Shown: one piece after another, positions 58,901-64,000 of the stretch
How the letters are laid out: every line of letters starts with the position of its first letter
Numbering within the stretch: the first letter of the stretch is position 1
Source: an uncultured Ilumatobacter sp.
Lineage (GTDB): Bacteria; Actinomycetota; Acidimicrobiia; Acidimicrobiales; Ilumatobacteraceae
Assembly (NCBI GenBank): GCA_905480335.1
Contig: CAJQPY010000003.1
Coordinates: 161,457 to 225,456 of the forward strand
Reading direction: 5' to 3'
Length of the DNA stretch: 64,000 nt
The notes under the pieces: generated by a model
Database searches by the model: none
Seen by the model: only the letters and a program-made list of their open reading frames with translations
What the model was told of the DNA's origin: nothing
Position numbers and translations under genes: made by a program

Positions 58901-60625
58901 TCATTCGGAGTTCTTGCGCTTTGTTGAGATCTTCTTCGCTGCCACCCGCTTCTTGGAAGGGGGACTCTTCACCGCCGGCTTCTTCCCTGGCGAGCGCCTG
59001 GCTACCTCCTGCTTGGCCCTGGCCGACATCGATGCGGTGCGGATTTCGCGTTGCTTGTCAATTCGACGCGCCACCTCCGGGTTGCTAGGCGGGATCGCCT
59101 CCGTTCCATGTCCACCGCGCCGCATCGTCGCAGGAGCAGGCGGGACCGCCCATTCCGCGCCGGTGGCCTCGAAGAGCCGTTCGATCTCATCGACATGAAG
59201 GTCGGTCAGATGCCACAGATCAGGTATCAGCTCGCGGTCCGAGATAAGCCCAATGTCGAGGCGGCCCTCGTAGCTATGAACCGTAATGTTCAGACCGACA
59301 CCGTCGGAGATCGTCGACACAGGGATATAAGCGTCGAGTTTGGCGCCGGCGAAATACAGCGCCTCACGCGGCCCGGGGACGTTCGATATGACCACGTTGA
59401 CCGGTGTATTGACCCGATCGGCCAACTTGAGGCGACCAACGAGCCGAATTGCTGACGCAGCAATCACAGGTGACGTGATCTGAGAAGCCTCCATCATTGC
59501 CTCGGCAGGAAGCAGGTCCATCTGCCGCTTGGCGGCATGCATCGCCTGACGGCAAAGTTCGACGCGCTCGACCGGATCGGGGCAGTTGGTCGGCAGTTCG
59601 GCGACGATGGCCGAGACGCGGTTCGACCACACCTCGTCGCCCCGCTCTTCACCGGTTCGAATCGAGACCGGCACCATCGCGCGCAACGGCTCTTCGGGGA
59701 GCGCGTCGAGTTCAAGCAGGTACTCGCGTAACGCGCCTGTACACATTGCCATCACAATGTCGTTGATGGTGCCGCCGGTGGCGTCCTTGAGCGCCTTGAC
59801 GTTGGCGAGAGCCACCGACCGCATCGCAAACCGACGGTTAGGCGTGACAGATGCATTCCACGGCGTCGGTGGCGCCGGACTGAGCGGGATCGACACACTT
59901 TCCTCGTGCGACGATGCTGTGCCATGGGTCTGCGCCACCAGCGCTTTAAATGCGTCACGGGCCTGACCAGCGACACCGCCAACACTGTCAACTCCCGCTG
60001 TCTCCGCAAGCTGTCGCACAATCTTTAGCTGAAGGCGAGCGGCCTTCACCGGGTTGGCCGCAAGGTTGCGGGCAGTCGCCTTGAGTAAGTCGACGTCGCG
60101 AGGTATCTCTTCGCCGTGCCATTCGACCGGTTCCATCGTCCACTTAGAGTCCGGCGAGGGGTCGGTCAGGATTTTAAGCATGATCACGCCGGCTGCACCA
60201 TCGATCGTCGAGTGGTGGTACTTGGTCAACATCGCCCACCGACCATCGGCGAGACCCTCGATCACGTACGCCTCCCAGAGCGGACGTCGGCGATCCATGT
60301 GCCGACCGACGATGCGCGCCACCTGGTCGCCGAGTTGATCGGCTGCTCCAGGGGGCGCCAGGCCGATATGGCGGACGTGGTAGTCGAGGTCGAAGTCGGG
60401 GTCATCGATCCAGTACGGATGGTCGAGCCCGAACGGGACGTCGACTAGGCGTCGACGCATCGGCGAGAGGTGGCCGATGAGAGAGCCGAACCGCTCGTAG
60501 ACCATGTCGAACGGTTCGAAATCGGGCGACGGGCGCTCGTAGATAGCCACCGAATTGACGTGCCCGTAGGTATTCGGTGTCTCCATGTACAGAAAGCTCG
60601 CATCAAGCCCAGACAATTGCTGCAT
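58901..60625 (-). CDS. wax ester synthase/diacylglycerol acyltransferase (WS/DGAT) with Lys-rich C-terminal tail
   Basis: 574-aa ORF with the catalytic HHSTIDGAAG (HHxxxDG). There are about 75 extra C-terminal residues, ...SPGKKPAVKSPPSKKRVAAKKISTKRKNSE. Confidence 0.88.
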   Translation of the reverse strand: MQQLSGLDASFLYMETPNTYGHVNSVAIYERPSPDFEPFDMVYERFGSLIGHLSPMRRRLVDVPFGLDHPYWIDDPDFDLDYHVRHIGLAPPGAADQLGDQVARIVGRHMDRRRPLWEAYVIEGLADGRWAMLTKYHHSTIDGAAGVIMLKILTDPSPDSKWTMEPVEWHGEEIPRDVDLLKATARNLAANPVKAARLQLKIVRQLAETAGVDSVGGVAGQARDAFKALVAQTHGTASSHEESVSIPLSPAPPTPWNASVTPNRRFAMRSVALANVKALKDATGGTINDIVMAMCTGALREYLLELDALPEEPLRAMVPVSIRTGEERGDEVWSNRVSAIVAELPTNCPDPVERVELCRQAMHAAKRQMDLLPAEAMMEASQITSPVIAASAIRLVGRLKLADRVNTPVNVVISNVPGPREALYFAGAKLDAYIPVSTISDGVGLNITVHSYEGRLDIGLISDRELIPDLWHLTDLHVDEIERLFEATGAEWAVPPAPATMRRGGHGTEAIPPSNPEVARRIDKQREIRTASMSARAKQEVARRSPGKKPAVKSPPSKKRVAAKKISTKRKNSE

Positions 60626-60726
60626 GTCGTTTTCCTCGTTGTACCTGCGTCATTCAGAGTCGCCACGATCATCATGCCCCAGATCTAGTCCGGAGACCAC
60701 ATGGCGCAGCGGGTACCGTCAGCATC

Positions 60727-61992
60727 GTGACGAGCTCTCCACCCTCCCTTGAGGGTGTGCTCCGCCGGCTGCTCATCCCGGTGTACTTCCCGGTGGTTGC
60801 CGGGACGCTCGGCCTCGCACTCCTCATCCCCGTGCTGCCGCTGTACCTGACCCGGTCGGATCTCCCGCTCGGCACGACTTCGATCGTGCTTGCGGCGATC
60901 GGCGCGGGCGCGACACTCGGCGGTCTTCCGGCGGGAGCGCTGATCACCCGCTTCGGCGAACGCTCGGTGTTGATCGGCGCGCTCGCCGGCATCAGCGTGA
61001 CGTCAGCACTGCTCGGAGTCAGCGATGCTGCGCTCGTGCTCATCGGGTTGCGTTTGGGAACCGGCGCGTCGAACATCGGGCTTCGCCTGTCACGGCAGAC
61101 CTACATCACGCGACGCATCGACGCCGTCGCCCGAGGACGCTCAATGTCCATGATCGGTGGATCGTTCCGAGTTTCACTCTTCATCGGCCCACTCATCGGT
61201 GGTGTGCTCGCCGAGACCATCGGCTTCACCTGGACATTCATCGTCGCCGGAGGCTTGTCTGCATTCGGGTTGATTCCAGCACTGGTCCCGGACTCGCTCG
61301 CTCCGAAACCGGCAACACCGGAGCCAATTGTGGGACGGGGCCGCACCGGGTTCTTCTCCGCAATCAATCAACATTGGCGATTGCTGTCGGCCGCAGGGGT
61401 GGTTCCGATGCTGACCATGGCCGTGCGCGAAGGACGCTACGTAGTTGTTCCGCTGATCGGCAACGAACTCGGCTTGAGCGTCGCCCAAGTCGGCGTTCTC
61501 GTTGCAGTCGGCACCTTTGCGGATCTCGCTCTGTTTCCAGTTGCCGGATACGTGATGGATCGCTTCGGACGACTGGCGGCGATGATCCCATCATTCACGC
61601 TGATCGCTTTCGGCCTGGTCGTGCTTGCGCTTGCTCAAACAACAGCGGCCGCGATTGGAGCAGGGGTGATAATGGGAGTGGGTAACGGCCTGAGCTCCGG
61701 GTCAATGCTGACCCTCGGCAGTGACCTCGCCCCACGGAGCGATCCTGCGCCGTTCCTCGCAGCAATCGCAGTGATCCAGGACGTCGGCAAAATCATCGGC
61801 CCGTTAGTAGTGGGGTTCGTCGGCGCAGCGTTCGGCCTCAGTGCATCTGCGGCGGTACTCGCCGCGCTGATGCTCACCGTCGTGTTGTGGTTGTTGACTA
61901 TCGTCGGCGAAACGAGTGCTGCGCACCCCCGCCCAGCCCGCTCGGCAACGATCGCAAGAGCGGCCAGCCAAGAAGCGCGCTGTCCGCCGTGA
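60727..61992 (+). CDS. MFS transporter
   Basis: About 12 predicted TMs and an MFS-like loop. The GTG at 60727 is chosen because the ORF-track start at 60577 overlaps the WS/DGAT start. Confidence 0.75.
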   Translation: MTSSPPSLEGVLRRLLIPVYFPVVAGTLGLALLIPVLPLYLTRSDLPLGTTSIVLAAIGAGATLGGLPAGALITRFGERSVLIGALAGISVTSALLGVSDAALVLIGLRLGTGASNIGLRLSRQTYITRRIDAVARGRSMSMIGGSFRVSLFIGPLIGGVLAETIGFTWTFIVAGGLSAFGLIPALVPDSLAPKPATPEPIVGRGRTGFFSAINQHWRLLSAAGVVPMLTMAVREGRYVVVPLIGNELGLSVAQVGVLVAVGTFADLALFPVAGYVMDRFGRLAAMIPSFTLIAFGLVVLALAQTTAAAIGAGVIMGVGNGLSSGSMLTLGSDLAPRSDPAPFLAAIAVIQDVGKIIGPLVVGFVGAAFGLSASAAVLAALMLTVVLWLLTIVGETSAAHPRPARSATIARAASQEARCPP

Positions 61993-62071
61993 CGACCGGC
62001 GAAACTCCGCTACCAAGTCGTCGAGCACTCCGACTCGCCGGTTAACGCTGCGGCGGCAGAAGATAGGGACG

Positions 62072-62449
62072 ATGGCACTTGAACCAGGCCCAATGCAGGT
62101 CCTCCACGGCCACTTCACAACGAAGGCCGAGGTTCTCGACGAGATCAAGCGTCTCGACCTATGGCCGACGACCTTTGTCTCAGAACGCATGGCCGAACTC
62201 CCGGTGCACTGGCACGACATCGACAACCACGGCTTCGTGCTCGAAGGAAGCAGCTACGTGCTCGACGCCAGCGGTGAGCGAATTCCCCTCGGGCCCGGCG
62301 ACAAGCTCGTCATCCCGGCAGGCGCGCTTCATGCAGAGGGAGAAGTGACCCAGCGGATGGTCTACATCGTCGGGATTCCGGTGGCCGAGAACCTGCGCGA
62401 CGCGCTTGACCTGCTTCCAGCCAAAACCAGCCCGCTCAGCGCAGGGTGA
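62072..62449 (+). CDS. cupin-domain protein
   Basis: The ATG at 62072 gives a 125-aa protein. HWHDIDNHGFVLEG...G..LVIPAGALHAE is a cupin two-motif pattern. Confidence 0.65.
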   Translation: MALEPGPMQVLHGHFTTKAEVLDEIKRLDLWPTTFVSERMAELPVHWHDIDNHGFVLEGSSYVLDASGERIPLGPGDKLVIPAGALHAEGEVTQRMVYIVGIPVAENLRDALDLLPAKTSPLSAG

Positions 62450-62708
62450 CCGGAATATTACGCAATGAACGAACCGACCCGCGGGTCCGCGTGGTCTCCT
62501 GTTCTGAGTCGATGCCATAGTCAGAATCGCTGTGGCCCATTCCTGGAACGCGAGCTCCATCTCGCCGCCAGGCCAGGTTGGAACCGAGACGACGATGGAT
62601 CCAAAGATCTAGTGTGATGTGACAGTTCGCCTCACGACCAATGAAGAACTGGTCGAACCGCTCGAACATCTCTGGGGCGTCGTTGGTCGCCGGAGAGGTG
62701 ACGGGTAC
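62436..62708 (-). pseudogene. relic of a cytochrome P450 C-terminus (heme-ligand Cys lost)
   Basis: The open frame APEMFERFDQFFIGREANCHITLDLWIHRRLGSNLAWRR...VRSLRNIPVTLR* parallels the P450 tail DPDRFDI.R.ANRHLAFG.GIHFCLGA.LAR...LRGL..LPV. RR replaces FC. There is no N-terminal part, because the ATPase gene starts at 62759. Confidence 0.5.
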
Positions 62709-62758
62709 CTAGTTGCCGGCAATGTGACGACCGAATCGGGCCGGTACTCTCACGACCG

Positions 62759-64000
62759 ATGGGAAAGCCTGCGGTCGATATCACCCTCGGGCTGACCGCA
62801 GGGCAAGTCGCCGAGCGCCGCGACGACGGGCGCACCAACGACGTTCCCGACGCCCCCGTGCGCACATTGGGTCAAATCGTGCGTGCGAACGTACTCACCC
62901 CCGTCAACGCCATCATCTCGACGCTGTTCGTCCTGATCCTGGTCGCCGGCTACCCGCAAGATGCGCTCTTCGCCGGCGTCGTCATTTCCAACTCGATCAT
63001 CGGCATAGTGCAAGAACTCCGGGCTCGACGAACGCTCCACCAGCTCGAGCTACTCAATGCCCCGAGAGCGTTGGCGCGTCGTGACGGTGAGGACATCGAA
63101 TTGGCGGTCAGCGAGGTCGTCGCCGACGAGCTGCTCGTACTGCGACCGGGAGACCAGGTGGTGGTCGACGGTGACGTGGTGACTGCCGTCGGTCTCGACC
63201 TCGACGAATCGCTGTTGACCGGCGAAAGCGAGCCCATCACCAAGCGCCAACACGATCCCGTCATGTCGGGCAGTTTCGTGTCGTCAGGCTCGGGTCTATA
63301 CGTCGCGACGGCGATTGGCGCCAACAGCTACGCGGCCAAGCTGGCCGACGAAGCCCGAATCTTCAAGCTCGCCGACAGCGAACTACGCAGGGGTGTCAAC
63401 ACAATTCTCCGGTGGCTGACGTTCATCATTCCGCCGGCGTCGCTGCTCCTGCTGCTCCGCCTGTTGAGCAGCGACGAAGTCAACACTTGGCAGGAAGCGC
63501 TGCAGGGCACGGTGGCCGCCGCCGTGGCGATGGTCCCCGATGGGCTGGTGCTGCTCACGAGCCTGGCATTCATCGTGGGTGTCATTTCGCTCGCTCGCCG
63601 ACAGGCACTTGCAAAGGAGTTGGCATCGGTCGAGTTGCTAGCTCGCGTCGACACACTGTGCCTCGATAAGACTGGCACGATCACGACCGGCGAGATCAGC
63701 TACGGCGGCGTTCACCCACTCTCCGGCAGCGATATCAACGACGTGTCGGAGGCGTTAGGAGCCCTCGGTGCAGCCGACCCAAGTCCGAACCCGACATTGG
63801 CTGCGATCATCAGTGCACACCCTGCCCCTGACGGATGGGTCGCCGACGCAATCACACCGTTCAGCTCGGCCCGCAAGTGGGCGGCGACCCACTTCGAAGG
63901 ACGCGGAAGCTATTACCTCGGCGCACCCGAGATCCTGGCGGCTCCCGACGACGAGGAAACCCTGTCGACTGTTCGCGAGCGCGCTGCCTCAGGAAGCAGA
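62759..64000 (+). CDS. cation-transporting P-type ATPase (5' part; runs off the window)
   Basis: The frame is open from the ATG at 62759 to the window end. It has the TGES actuator motif (LLTGESEP) and the phosphorylation site CLDKTGTITTG. It is absent from the ORF track because no stop lies in the window. Confidence 0.88.
   Translation, partial: MGKPAVDITLGLTAGQVAERRDDGRTNDVPDAPVRTLGQIVRANVLTPVNAIISTLFVLILVAGYPQDALFAGVVISNSIIGIVQELRARRTLHQLELLNAPRALARRDGEDIELAVSEVVADELLVLRPGDQVVVDGDVVTAVGLDLDESLLTGESEPITKRQHDPVMSGSFVSSGSGLYVATAIGANSYAAKLADEARIFKLADSELRRGVNTILRWLTFIIPPASLLLLLRLLSSDEVNTWQEALQGTVAAAVAMVPDGLVLLTSLAFIVGVISLARRQALAKELASVELLARVDTLCLDKTGTITTGEISYGGVHPLSGSDINDVSEALGALGAADPSPNPTLAAIISAHPAPDGWVADAITPFSSARKWAATHFEGRGSYYLGAPEILAAPDDEETLSTVRERAASGSR

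Overview
High-GC chromosomal segment (GC not computed) whose gene content and local synteny look actinobacterial: F420-type LLM oxidoreductase, DinB/MDMPI protein, WS/DGAT, and a moeA-galU-FmdB/Ruc neighbourhood. I call about 60 protein genes and one tRNA-Ala(CGC). I saw no rRNA, CRISPR array, transposase or integrase. Most genes are core metabolism: branched-chain amino-acid synthesis (ilvBNC with a candidate leader-peptide attenuator, ilvD, ilvA), metY, molybdenum cofactor (moaC, moaA, moeA), gatCAB, folD, 5-formyl-THF cyclo-ligase, long-form inositol-3-phosphate synthase, galU, MTAP, uppP, lgt and pepN. There is also a KhtT/CPA2 antiporter pair and a hydrolase/amidohydrolase/TPP-enzyme/acyl-CoA-dehydrogenase cluster. 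The stand-out is a three-gene minus-strand operon at 42250-44537: a 2[4Fe-4S] ferredoxin, a proline-racemase-superfamily enzyme with a Thr at the second catalytic position, and a PrdB/GrdB-like reductase. The reductase reading frame is interrupted only by an in-frame TGA inside a U-x-x-C motif, followed by a SECIS-like hairpin. That makes it a candidate selenoprotein, and no PrdA/GrdA/GrdE partner is present in the window. Other notable items are a Cys-less FmdB/Ruc homologue with a serine-rich tail, a 7-nt tandem repeat, a WS/DGAT with a lysine-rich tail, and several decayed gene relics (an RmlD-like and a cytochrome P450 C-terminus among them). Family assignments come from motif recognition by eye, and no database search was possible.
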